Below are positions 11,116-22,600 of a stretch of DNA of 64,000 nucleotides, piece after piece. Position 1 is the stretch's first letter. Every line of letters begins with the position of its first letter. The translations under genes and the position numbers were made by a program. The stretch is from Lama guanicoe. Taxonomy: Eukaryota. The notes beneath the pieces are model-generated. The model had not been told where the DNA came from. It did no database searches and saw nothing but the letters and a program-made list of their open reading frames with translations. Where the stretch lies: the NCBI GenBank assembly GCA_013239625.1, contig MU056262.1, positions 8,780,134 through 8,844,133 on the forward strand, in the 5' to 3' direction.

Positions 11116-12249
11116 AGGTGATCCTAGGAAGCCAGGTCAGTAAACTTAGGCACCATTGAAAGAGCCACAGGGAGTCACAGGAAGTTTAGAGCAGGGGAAA
11201 TGACATAAAGGTGATGGATGTTTTAGAAAGATTTCTAGTCACAGTGGAAAGGAGGGCATGAGCAAGAAGGGAAATGGCTTGGGGAGAGGTGATGCCACAG
11301 CAGGCTGGCCTTGGGAGGAGTTGGTTGGGAGGCGGAGGTCAAGCCCACAAGCTCCTTCCTGCACACCTAATGCCCCCACTGCATCTTTGGTGGGCTGAGA
11401 GGTAGGTGGATTTTGATAAAAGGTTCTTCAAGTACATTATTTTGCTTCAGAACAAACCACAGAGTTAAACTTATGGGACCAAGGGAAGACAAGAGTGAAG
11501 AGGTCGCATGGATGTTATGGCCAAAGGTAGCTGCTGCTTTGGTAAGTCAAAGCCCCACCTGGCTTCTGAGGCAGGCTGAAGGGGCTGTGCAGGCCCCCCA
11601 CCCCCATGTCCCAACAAGATGAAGGCCACTGCTGGAATGACAATAATCTATGTTAACATTCACTTGCTAAAAGCTGCATTTTCAAACTAAGGTTAGGCTA
11701 CCTTAATTTATATGCCTAATTTAAGCGAGGAAAATCTTACCTCATTATGTTGTGTTGAATAAGTTCTCATTATGAGCTGTAGAACAGTTACATGACTGAT
11801 CCATTTCCCTCTTGCCCACTTCTGTTCCCACCAAAGAAATATTTAGGAATGTTATTCTGAGATTTGTGAATGGCACTGTCAAAAGAACTAGACTGACGTG
11901 AAAAGTACTAGCCCTGGAGAGGCTGTGGGCATCCCTGCATTCCTGCAAGATGTCTGAGGATTTTAGGAAAGAATGAACTTAATTACTAAAGAGGGTTTGT
12001 TGAGGGAGGCCACAGAACTGAGAGGGTAGAGTGAAAGGGTCAGAAGAGAGGTGACAGGGCTGACGTGAGGGTTTTAAGGGCCTGGGGATCTGCGCTACCA
12101 CTGGGGAGAGACAGCTTGGAGCCAGGGAAATGGGCTAGGGCTGGAGACAGAACCTGGTTCCAGTCCCTGCATTGCTGCTCACAGATTGAGGAACACGGTG
12201 GGCAAATTTCACAAAGCCACCTCTTTGGATCTCTCCTTTATTTATTTTT

Positions 12250-12960
12250 CAAAAAAGTTAGCTGGAAGGCAATTTGGCAATGTCTACCAAACTTCATAAC
12301 ACATACACCCTTGGGCCGAGACATTCCATTTCTAGGTATTTATTTATCTTATACTTATGCTCATAAAGTGCACAAAGCTTCATTGCAGTCTTGTTTGTAA
12401 TAATAAAGGACAAAAAACAATATAAACAAATATATGAACATCCACATATTGTAATGCCATACAACATAAAAAACAATGAGGGGCTGCCTCTCTTGCTCCC
12501 TTCATCTTTGGAGACAGCCCGCACTCTATCTATGGAGTGTGTATCTACTTTTAGTTTAACCTGAGTACTCAACCCCAAAACCTCATGACCTTTCTTTTGC
12601 CTTCTGAAACAGCCTATGTATCTCTCTAAATAAATCTACCTTTACTCAAAAAAAAAAAACCAATGAGGGATGAAGTAGCTTTTGATACACAGTTAAGCAG
12701 AAAAGCAAGACATGGGACTGTTGTAGCCTACCCTACGAGTGTGTAAAAACAAAGGGGGATGGATAGACATTAATGTTTCTATATGCACAGAGTCTCTCTG
12801 GAAAGAAATGCAAGGAAGCAAAGAAGGCAGCCTCTGAGATGGAGATCTAGTAGTTGGGGGTGAGAGAGATTTGCCTTTACTATGTACTCCTTGGTGCTAT
12901 CTGGAATCTTTTTTTTCTTAACCATGTGCATGTACTGCTTTAAAAAAAAAACTAGGTCAA
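12250..12960 (+). mobile_element. Old L1 (L1M-type) 3' fragment, interrupted by a younger insertion at about 12483-12659
   Basis: Diagnostic degenerate motifs aaggcaatttggcaatgtctacc, attccatttctaggtattta and accatgtgcatgtactgct + A-tract. Confidence 0.6.
12483..12659 (+). mobile_element. Polyadenylated LTR R-region-like retrocopy with TSD
   Basis: Sequence resembles an ERV LTR R segment (cagcccgcactctatctatggagtgtgtatct...ctaaataaatctacctttact), followed by A12. Flanked by AAAAAACAATGAGGG and AAAAACCAATGAGGG. Confidence 0.6.
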
Positions 12961-14999
12961 ATAAATAATTGAGGATGTCATCTCTTATCCTCCTTGACCC
13001 ACTGGGCTGCCATGTGGACCAAATGTGCTCATATGATCCAGAGCCCTGTACTGTGCCAGACAAAGAAATCCTACCATGCAACAAAAGAGCACTCAGTTTT
13101 AGTTCAATGCTTTCTCACTCTCAGAAGCAATTCTGAGTTGTTCAGCTGAAGAGCTCCCTATGAGCTATTGAGGGTTTCATCAAAGCTGGAATCAGACAAC
13201 CAGGCAGCACAACACAGGAGCCGCTGGGCAGGACCTTGTTCCAGTCCTCAGCTGAAGTTCAGCTCAGCTCTTGTGACTCCAGAACCCAAAGGGAAGGAAG
13301 GTTTCACTCTCAACCATCTTTTCTTTTTGCTAGAAGATTTATGGTTGCTGTATGAGTGATTCTACAGGTATTTTGAAACAAGTTTTCCATTTTTTCCCCA
13401 GGATCTGCTTTTAAACCCATTTTCACTGATTTAACATATGCCTTATTTAGCCACATAAAGGGGGTGTGGAAACAAAATGCTGCATGGTGCATACTGTTTT
13501 ACACCGTAAAACGTCATTTATAAAAGAACTTTTAAGGGGCAAGTACTTTATCAGAATTCCCCACAAGTGCCAGAGAAGTTGCTGGCCTTAAAATTCTGGG
13601 GAGTGGCTACAGTTTGACTAAGAGATGCCCATCACAATTCCCAGAAAATAAATTGGAGCTTCAAGCCATTCTCATAAACCTCTCCAAGTTGTTGGTCACA
13701 GATGTGGCTGGATTCTTCATATCAACAACATGCAGAAGTCTGATGCTAGGGCAGGAAAAGCTTGAAACCTCAGTCATTCCTGAATTGACATGGTCTGCAA
13801 ACATTTTCTGTGCCATTCTCCTCCTGAAGCAACCAATGCAAACTGTTTAGGATTCAAGTTAAGCCAAGGAAAGAAGACAAGAGGAGGGAGCTGAAACAAA
13901 GCCAATGAGTAGAGGCAAAAGTTGTTGATTTTAACCAGGAAACCAACTCCCATGATCAAAGGAGCAAGCCTTGAGGAACACCCACCAAGAAACAGTCATT
14001 AAGAACAAAGTTGTGACAGAATAAAGTAAGAAAAACAAAAGAAAAAAAACTCTGGCTAATTAAGTACCAGTGTTGCTTTTATCGCATCTTATGGTGATTA
14101 TCTGTTTACAAACCTGTCTCCCACAGTGAACCACCAGTTCCACAAAAACAGGGGCCACCCCTCACCCACCTCTGAATACAGCTCTCCTTCAAGAAGGGAA
14201 ATTAAGCCAGAAACTTCTTACTGTCTCTGCTGCCATCATCTTAATCCAAGCCCCAATCTTTGCTCCCCTACAATGTTTCAATAATAATGACCATCATTAG
14301 CATTTAAAGGGCACTTATTCTGTGCCAGGCATTGCTTTAAATACTTAGATGAAATTCACTTATTAAACCCTTACAATTCTCTGAGTAGATCCTATCATTT
14401 CAAATTGTTCTCATAGAACTCTCTAGTCATTGGTCTCGGATGTGGTTGGCCCCTCATTTTCTTTCTCATAAACAACATACAGAACAATATACCCCTTTCA
14501 CAGATGAGAACACTGAGGCTCAGAGAGACTAAGTTGTAAGAGGCACAGCTAAACTGGCAGAACTAGGATGGCCCTCAGCTGACTTCCTGGTGTGCCCTGT
14601 CACAACCACACTGCTCACAACAGCCAGAGTGAGGTGAGCTTTTCAAAACTTCAAAGTCATCAAAACTCCTCAGTGGTTTCCTCCTGCTGCTAGGATAAAG
14701 TTGAAACCCCCACCACCTCCTTCAAGGTTCCCCTCATCCTTTCTGCCCCCCTGTACCTGCTGCCTCCAGACCTTTGTATTTGCTTTTGTCTCTTCAAGAA
14801 TGACCCTTACCCTGATCACAATGCTGGCTCCTTTTCAACCTTCAGGTCTTGGCTTAAAAGTCACATGTTAGAGCAGACTCTCCCTGACCACCTCCCTCCA
14901 TTTCATCACGAGAGCATTTAACCCAGCCCGAAAGCACTTTAGTCATCCATCTGGCGCCTGCTTCCCGCACCCCAACCCCTGCCCCGCCTCTCTTTACAC

Positions 15000-15640
15000 T
15001 GTGGGTTCTGGAAACCAGCCGCGTCCTCTTTGGAGCCCTCCGTGGCTCTCTGTGGCCCTGCGCCTGGCAAACAGCCTAGCACACAGTAGGCGCTCAATGC
15101 AGGTCTGTGCGCCTGATGAATGCTAGACGGAAGCCTGGCGCTCTGTCCGGTACCTGGAGTTTGGCTGGGCGGCAGAAGCTCTGTCCCAGCGGTTCAGGTC
15201 AGGCTTCGAGGAGAGAACTGCGGCGGGGGCTCCTCACCTGCGCGTCGTGGCGGTGGAGCCAGATAGGCCCTGCCAAGGTCACTCAGCGGTTCAGTCACCG
15301 CGCCTGGCCGTCCACCCTTCCCCAGGACGGAGGCTCTTCAGACCCTCGCAGCGGAGACGGTCCCTGGGACAGGGTGGAGGCGTGCCCTGGAGCGCGGACC
15401 CATACCGGGCCGCGCGGCAGAGGTTGGACTCGCAAGTTCTCCAGCTCCGGCTGGAGCCGGCTGGCTGTATCGCGGGGCCAGGCCGAGGCGGGCTGGGCCT
15501 CGTCCGGCGCTGGGCCCGTTCCCCTGGCAACGACGCGGGCTACGGCGCCCCACAGCGGCCAAACCGCGCTGCGTCACGTCGCGCTGGCACCCCGGCTCCG
15601 GGCGGGGCTCGCCAAGGGCCCCCTCAGCCCTAGGCCGACA
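15000..15640 (-). promoter_or_regulatory. ZDHHC1: ZDHHC1 CpG-island promoter and non-coding exon 1
   Basis: CpG-dense GC-rich island upstream of the coding exons. Candidate donors on the minus strand: CCG|gtatgg (exon end 15406) and CAG|gtgagg (exon end 15238). RFX X-box GTTCCCCTGGCAAC at 15518-15531. CRE half-site (TGACG on minus) at about 15572-15576. Confidence 0.75.
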
Positions 15641-16610
15641 GGTTCACGTTTCTTTCCAACCTTTCTCCTAGAAAACCCACTTCCCCCACCCTCAATGCAC
15701 AGCTTGTCTTCTGGAAATACTAATTTGTCCCAGACGTGCTCCAGTTTCTCTAATGAGCCCACCGCTCTCAGGTAGACCCCCAGTTAGCCCACACACTTAA
15801 ATGAGTATGTGCTGGGCACTGGACGTACCATGGGGAACACCCACGAAAGCCCTGCCCTTCAGGGAGATTACAGGCTAAGGGGAAGGCAGATCTAGACAAA
15901 TAAATATACAAATAAATATTCAGGTGCCCTATAATTTAAAGTGTGAACTGTAAGAACACAAAATATTTCCTTTCTTTATTTCCTTTAAATATAGCATAAA
16001 TCCTACTGGGAGCTCCCATCTTCCAGGCTGGTGAAAAATTCAGTCTTGGTCTCCACTAGGCTCCTCTTTACCCAGGTTATTCCCAGGGCTCAGGATCTCC
16101 TGCAATAGTAGACAGTTTGAGAAGCACTCTCTGGTCATGGGCCCTCTCTGGTACTGAGGCCACAACCATTGTCCCATCTATGGTACTCTTATATTTGGCC
16201 TTTGTGGGGCCATGCCTGCTGCTCCAGGGCTGCCAGGAAACAGGCACCTGCTTCCTCTGTTCCAGGGTGTGTGGAGTGTCTTCCCTTTCCCTGCCTGGGG
16301 GACCTCCCTGCTGGACCTGGCTTCCCTGAAAGCCCCCTCTCTGCTTCTTCTTGGGAACACTCAGGATGGACCCTCCCATGAGCTCAGCCCTTCCCCCAAA
16401 ACAAGAATAAGCTTTGTCTTCTACCAGCTGACCTATCCATATATCTAAGGCCCTGAAAATGTGAGAAGTTGGCTGGCTACCTGCTCAGAATGGGCTGGAC
16501 AGAAAACATCCCTATCTCTAAAAGGTATCAGCCACAACCATACAACAAAAGCAACAGAGAAACTCCTGCTCTATCACATGCCAATTATAAGTCCTATGCA
16601 AGTGACTTAA

Positions 16611-16650
16611 GTCTACGGCCATACCACCCTGAACACGCCCAATCTCATCT
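16611..16650 (+). pseudogene. 3'-truncated (tailless) 5S rRNA retropseudogene, 5S nt 1-40
   Basis: GTCTACGGCCATACCACCCTGAACACGCCCAATCTCATCT matches the mammalian 5S 5' end with three CpG>CpA changes. Flanked by the direct repeat CTATGCAAGTGACTT (16594-16608 and 16649-16663). Confidence 0.88.
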
Positions 16651-17230
16651 ATGCAAGTGACTTGATCTCTCTACCATACAAATTCTTGTTTCCAGGACTG
16701 ATAAACTCAAACTCAATATAGAATAAATATCAATACTACTCAGAAATACAAGATGATTGCTCAGATCTTATCTGAATTACAGAACTCAGGGTCAAAAAGA
16801 GATGGTTACCTAGAAATCAAGGTGGAGGTTGAGCCCATGTATGCTGACAGGGAGGGAAGGGATCTGAGAGTCACAGCCATCTAGACCTTGGGTCCACTCT
16901 CCTCCCAGCTACTTCTCTTAGATGTCCCATGGGAATTTATATATCCCTATATGTCCTTTCCACAAAACTGCTCCTCCCCTCAGGCCCTCTGAAGGGCACC
17001 ATTACCTACCCAGTCTCTGACTAGTCCTTGCCCATTTAACCCAGACAGTCCCCAAGATCATGCAATCCTCACTCTGAAACGTGTTCTTCCCGCTTCACTC
17101 CAGCCCAGATCACCAGCATCTTCCTTGCTGACCCTGCAGAAGCCTCTTTTCTCCCTAACATCAGCCTGTCTGCCTCCAGTCCGTTCTCCTCCTAGATGCC
17201 AAGCTTATTCTTTCTCTTTGTTAAAGTGAG

Positions 17231-17727
17231 TGATAGTCTGAATAATGGCCTCCCAAAGATGTCCGTGTCCCAGTCTCTGGAACCAATGAATATGTTACCT
17301 TAACATGGCAAAGTGTAACCTGCAGATATGATAAGGACCTTGAGATGTGGGAGATTATCCTGGATTATCTAGGTGGGCTCAGTGTAATCACAGGGCCCTT
17401 ATAAGAGGGAGTCATAAGGAGCAAAGTGGGAGGAGATGTGATGATGAAAGCAGAGGCCAGAGAGATTTGAAGACACTATAATTCTGGCTTTGAAGATGGA
17501 GGAAGAAGCCATGAGCCAAAAGGTGTCCTGTAGAACCTGGAAAAAGCAAGGAAACAGATTTACCTCTAGAGTCCCCAGAAGGAACCAGTCCGCTGACACT
17601 TTGACTTTAGCCCAGTGAGATCCATTTCAAACTTCTGACTGCCAGAACTGTAACATAATAAATTTGTATTATTTTAAGCCACTGAATTTGCAGCACTTTG
17701 TTGTATCAGCAATAGGAAACTAATACA
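17231..17727 (+). mobile_element. MaLR solo LTR (MLT1-type, probably MLT1D)
   Basis: TG...TAATACA ends. Hallmark motifs aataatggcctcccaaagatgtcc, gattatcctggattatc and aataaatttgtattattttaagccact. 5-bp TSD gtgag/gtggg. Confidence 0.85.
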
Positions 17728-18989
17728 GTGGGTTTCAAATAGGGCTAAGCACACACGCATTTAACCAATTAAAGCTGTTTCATTTGAAACAAAAATGACT
17801 GCTTAGATTCCTTAGATGTCTGTCTGAGTGACTTTGGGCCAAACTGTCTGAAAAGAAGACTCCCTCTGGCCAAATCTGCTTCTTAACAGCACAGGCAGTT
17901 TGATGGTGTTCTGAGTCTGTCATTGTGGTGTGGTTCCCAATCCAGAACCTGACACTACCCAGGGCATCACCTACTGAGGAATCAGGCCACACACTGCTAA
18001 TACCACCTCATCAGCCTTCTGTTTAAGATACTTCCAGGGCTTCTTTTTGCCTTTAGGATCAATTGAAATGCCAAAGTATGGTTTTCAAAGCCCAGCTCAG
18101 CAAGCTCCTGTCCGCCTCCTTGTCCCTGTCCTCTGATAGGATTGTACATCTCCTGGAACCCAAAGCATTCCCTCCCACCCCTAGGCCTTTTTCTACAGGG
18201 TCCTGTTTACTTGCAGTATAGTTTCAGCCCCTCTTGCCCCCTCTGGCCAGTTTCTATGAAAACATGAGGCACGTTTTTCTGCGATAGAAGTCGGCCCCTC
18301 AGGCAGGACTTGTTCCTGCCCAGAGCAGCTGCCCCTGACCAGCAAGGCAGGTCTGCCCAGGGTGAACAGCCCAGGCTGTGAGGACAAAAAACCCAACTGT
18401 GGTTTAAAGAACCTGTGCACATGAGTGTGAGAAGGTTCCAGGCTAGCTTACGTGACTCTTAGTTGCCAGAAGAGACTCCTGGGTGGCTTATCTTACCCTG
18501 GGCTGGATGCAGCAACCTATCCTTAACTAGAGCTAATGTATGCCCAGCCTTCCTGGGACTTGTCACTTGTCCCAGGGCATGTCAGTGGTTACCTGTTTCA
18601 GTCCCAGCTCTGCCAGTCACCAGTTGGGCAAATTCCTTAACCTCTCTAAGTCTCAGTTTACTCCTTTGTGAAGTGGGAGTAACAGTAGTTACTGCATAGG
18701 GCCATGATGAGGTCTGAAAACATGGTCCTGCATATGAAGCACACAGAGTGTTCCACTGGTAGTGGACATTGATACATATAATCTAGAGTCTACTTGTCTT
18801 TCTACCAGGAAGTGATGCTCCCCATTTCATTAAATAAGAGAATTAAATTTTAATTATCAAGTTAGCCTGGTGGGATTGGTTAGCCACAGCTCTTGCTCTC
18901 TGAGTCCATTTAGTCTGGGTCACAGTACCATTTCCAGTGGGCCCTGGATGATTCAGCCCATCCACTTGGCTTGTCCCCATGGCCAGCAG

Positions 18990-19615
18990 CATCTCTTGTT
19001 CTGGCAAATGCAGCAGACTCCTGACTGGTCTTTCTGCTTCTACTGTGGGCTCCCCACTCCCATCAGCCTATTATCCCCACAGCTTGAGACTCTCTTTAAA
19101 ATGAAAAAAAAAAGTCAAACATTATTTTACTTCCTGCTACAACCTTCAGTGACTCTCCCTGCTCCTCAGGGACTGGTATTTTGATATACTATGAAATTAG
19201 AATCAAAACCTTCTCCTCACTGTAGCCTCCAAGACCTCCTTTGCCCCCTGGCTCCATCTGATCTCTACAGCCTGATAGCCTCCTTTTCCTCAAAGGACTA
19301 GGCTCCCTCATAAACTAGGGACCATTGCACGTGATGCTGTTGCTACCTGAAACATCACTTCCTCCGGGAAAGCTTTTTCTGACCCTCAGAATAGAAGTCA
19401 TCACTCCCACAGCACTGTGAGGCTCTGCTTTCTAGTTCCTTCTATCAGTAGTGGCTTCCTAATTATATAGTGATCTGATTAGGGGCTGTTCTCCAGCCAG
19501 ATGGAGAGACCACAAGGGGAGGAATATTTATTTAGCTCACCACCACTTCCCTAAGCACAGAGCCTGGAACACAGTAATCATTCAACAGATGTTTGTTGAA
19601 TGAATAAAGAATGGG
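18990..19615 (+). mobile_element. L2 LINE 3' fragment
   Basis: Ends gcacagagcctggaacacagtaatcattcaacagatgtttgttgaatgaat (L2 tail). Confidence 0.65.
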
Positions 19616-22600
19616 ACAAACAAATGAAAGTATCAAACTATTTAATAGGAATTCTTTTGTGAAGCCTTTTGTAAAGTAAATAATACTTGTTGAATTATTT
19701 TTGGTGTAAAAATTGACTTTCCTACATTATTATCCCTTCATAATAGTAAATCTATTTTTCCCATGTCACTTGTAAAGATTGTTTTTATTTGCTACATTTA
19801 AGACATTTTCCTCCCATTAACTTTTCCTTGTTAAACATCTTTTATGACTACTTTGTGCTTTAAGAAAGCATAAAGTTCGGTATTTAGAATATTATCTCAG
19901 CTTTGTTGGTGAGAAGACTCTGGCAGCTTTCACTGTTGACTATAATCAGAGCAGCTTGGAACACGATGTCACCCTTTCAGAACTCTCTCAGACCTAGATA
20001 AAACTTATTTTGTGTCTCCAGTTGGGGACAAGGTGCTCGGAAACAGTACCTTATGCAACAGAGCTGGTTCTGGGCCATCCCTCAGAGGCAAATGAAATAA
20101 AAATCATGGTGTGTGGAAAATGCACCCTCAGTGTCCTAGGAACCAAAGATTTTAAAGCTTCTCTGCCAGTAATACAGTTTTTATTTTATGTTTCTTGGAA
20201 AACCGAAGGCTTGTATTTACCACATGTGTTACCTAAGATGCAGAAAGGGGATGACAAGGTACCCTGCGCTGGTAAGGATTTTCATGGCAGCCTGGTCAAA
20301 GCCACCCTCTTTGCAACTGGCCTCCACCTAGCCTTGCACATGATCCCTGGGGGAGGGGTATTTCTATTCAGCATGAAATCTTTTTGCTTGCTCATTTCTA
20401 TGGGGAATAGTACATGCATGCAAAGTTGTTGGCTGTTCCTACTTTATTTCAGGAATTGTACAGGGCTGAGGCACCTGAATTTTTCCTTGAATACTTTAAA
20501 GCAAATTATACGCTGGAACCTTTCATGCCTGCTCCCAGAGGAATTTCCTTTGAGTGTTCATATCGCAAAAGCTTGTGTAACCTGACACAATTATCTAAAA
20601 AGCCTTGTAATCCAAAAGAACAGAGTTCTGAGCTAGGAATGAAGGTCGGAACTGGGAAAGAAGTGTTCTCCCCTGCCTGGGGACTAGGTCATGCTTCACC
20701 ATGACAGTGCTTAATTCACGCACCAAAGAAATATGTTAACCTCCTGGCACTGTGACCGGTGGGTAGTATACTTGCTTATCTCTCTGAACAAGGAATCTCT
20801 TGATGAGGTGCTTGAGGGGCATTACAAAGCCTTAGACCTGGCTGGCGGTTAAAAATATTTCTATAACCACCTTGAGAAACTGGTCTTCCCAGGATGAAAG
20901 CAAGAGCACTTGGGCCCCTTCCAGGGGAGAACCCTCTCCACTGACTCAAAAATCAACCCATCCTGAGAGCTGGGGTCTCATGCCAGCAGTTAGCACTGCA
21001 AGGGGGCTGCGGGGTAGGAGGATGTCTGGAATCCATATTTTCACCAAGTGGTTGGTCCAGGTGATTCTGACTCAAGCCCAGCTCAATCTCCAATTCAAGG
21101 GAGAAGGAAGGAGAGTGAGGACACAAACTGTAAGTGGAGACTTAAAACCGGGGCTCTACCGGGAGATGACCCCTTGTTTCCGAAAGCCCTTTTGCCAAGA
21201 CGCTGCTTTCTCCTCTTTTTGTTTTCATTTTTAGAAATCCCAGCTCCACTCTCTATTTGCATACCAGCGGTGAGGGACCTCCAAGGAGAATAGGCACCAC
21301 TCATAGGTGGTTGGCTTTTCAAGGAATTCGCTGGAGAAAATTGTAGGCAAGGCAGGGAACAACCCCCACCCCTCCTCCATCTGGTTTCAGTTTATTTAAA
21401 AAAACAACACACACAGGCCTCCCCACCAGCAATCAGAAAGCAGCCACAGCTTCCCCAGGGGGTGTATTAGCCACTAGGGGTGGGGCTGAATTATGTATAT
21501 GCAAATAAATTAAATCAGTCAGCCAACAGCAACTAAATTTTGTATCTTTTCTTGGCAGTTGTTCTGCGAAGAAAAGGTCTGAATCGGGGTGACTGAAGCT
21601 GTAAGGAAGCAAGTTTTGGTATTGGTTTTAACAACTTGCCTTAATTCTAATCCAGAAGCAAATTTTAAAAGATTGATAGTCCTTTGCCTAGGTATTGCCA
21701 ACCTCCTAGGCTGAAGGCCAGGGGACAGTGCTGCCTAATAGTCAGGAGCAGAGTGTCTGGAAGGCTGAGTTACCTAGGGCATGTCACTTTACCTCTCAGA
21801 GTCTGTTTCTTATGTATAAAATGGTAACACCTGCTTCATAGGGATGATATGAGGATAGTAAATAAAATTAAGTACAAGCAGGCCAAACACAAAGGACTGG
21901 CATACAGCAAGCACACAGTAAATGTGACAAATGATTATGAATAACTCAAAACCGAATTGCAGGACACAAGAAGACCAGTTTCACCTGGAGTCAGCCAAGC
22001 TCTCCCAGCAAGTGTTTTCAGCTGGGGCTTGCCTTTCCCCTGGGGCTGGTCAAGAAAAACCTTCAGAGCGAATTTGCTAAGTGTTTTCCAAACTCCAGTG
22101 CCCTAATCCCCAAATATCTGCCTTCAATCTTGGAGGCAAAAGAAAAGAAGTTCAGAGGAGGGTGCCAGCCAGTTTGAAAATATCAGTGATACTCTTGGCT
22201 TCCTGCATCTCCCTACCCCCATCCCTGGTAACTGAGGGGCCTGACTCCCAGGTGCACAGCCTAGATGAGAGGGAGGGGTTACTCAGTTCATGCCCAGGAG
22301 TCAGCAGTCTCCCAGGCTTTTGTGTCACATGAGTGATGTGCTGGAGACCACAGGCACTCAGCTGCCTCTGGGCTCAGCCCTCGCATGTCCACAAGCACTC
22401 TGGGCTCAGTTTATACAAAACAGACCTCTGCTTTTGTCCCTCATGTGGATGCTCCAACAGGACTCCCAGCCTCCCCTCTTTTCCCATCCCCAAACCAGAC
22501 AGGGGTCTTATTTGTTCAAGACCATTACCAGCTCTTCTTTGCCCTCAGAATGAAGTCTAAGAGGCCACATGTGGCAAACATAGCGCTACATTAACACAGT

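Noticed and set aside
11480-11550. Frames reading RVKRSHGCYGQR and KGSCCFGK, superficially like a natriuretic-peptide precursor
   Set aside because: No DRIG or closing cysteine ring, an immediate stop, and no signal-peptide exon; probably chance.
15107-15775. 222-aa plus-strand ORF at the ZDHHC1 promoter
   Set aside because: GC-rich island artefact with a non-ATG (GTG) start and low-complexity R/G/P/S content.
20010-20585. 191-aa ORF in an AT-richer intergenic block
   Set aside because: Starts at TTG, has no recognisable homology and no supporting exon structure. The block (19.6-20.7 kb) may be an old DNA-transposon relic or conserved non-coding DNA, but I could not show this.
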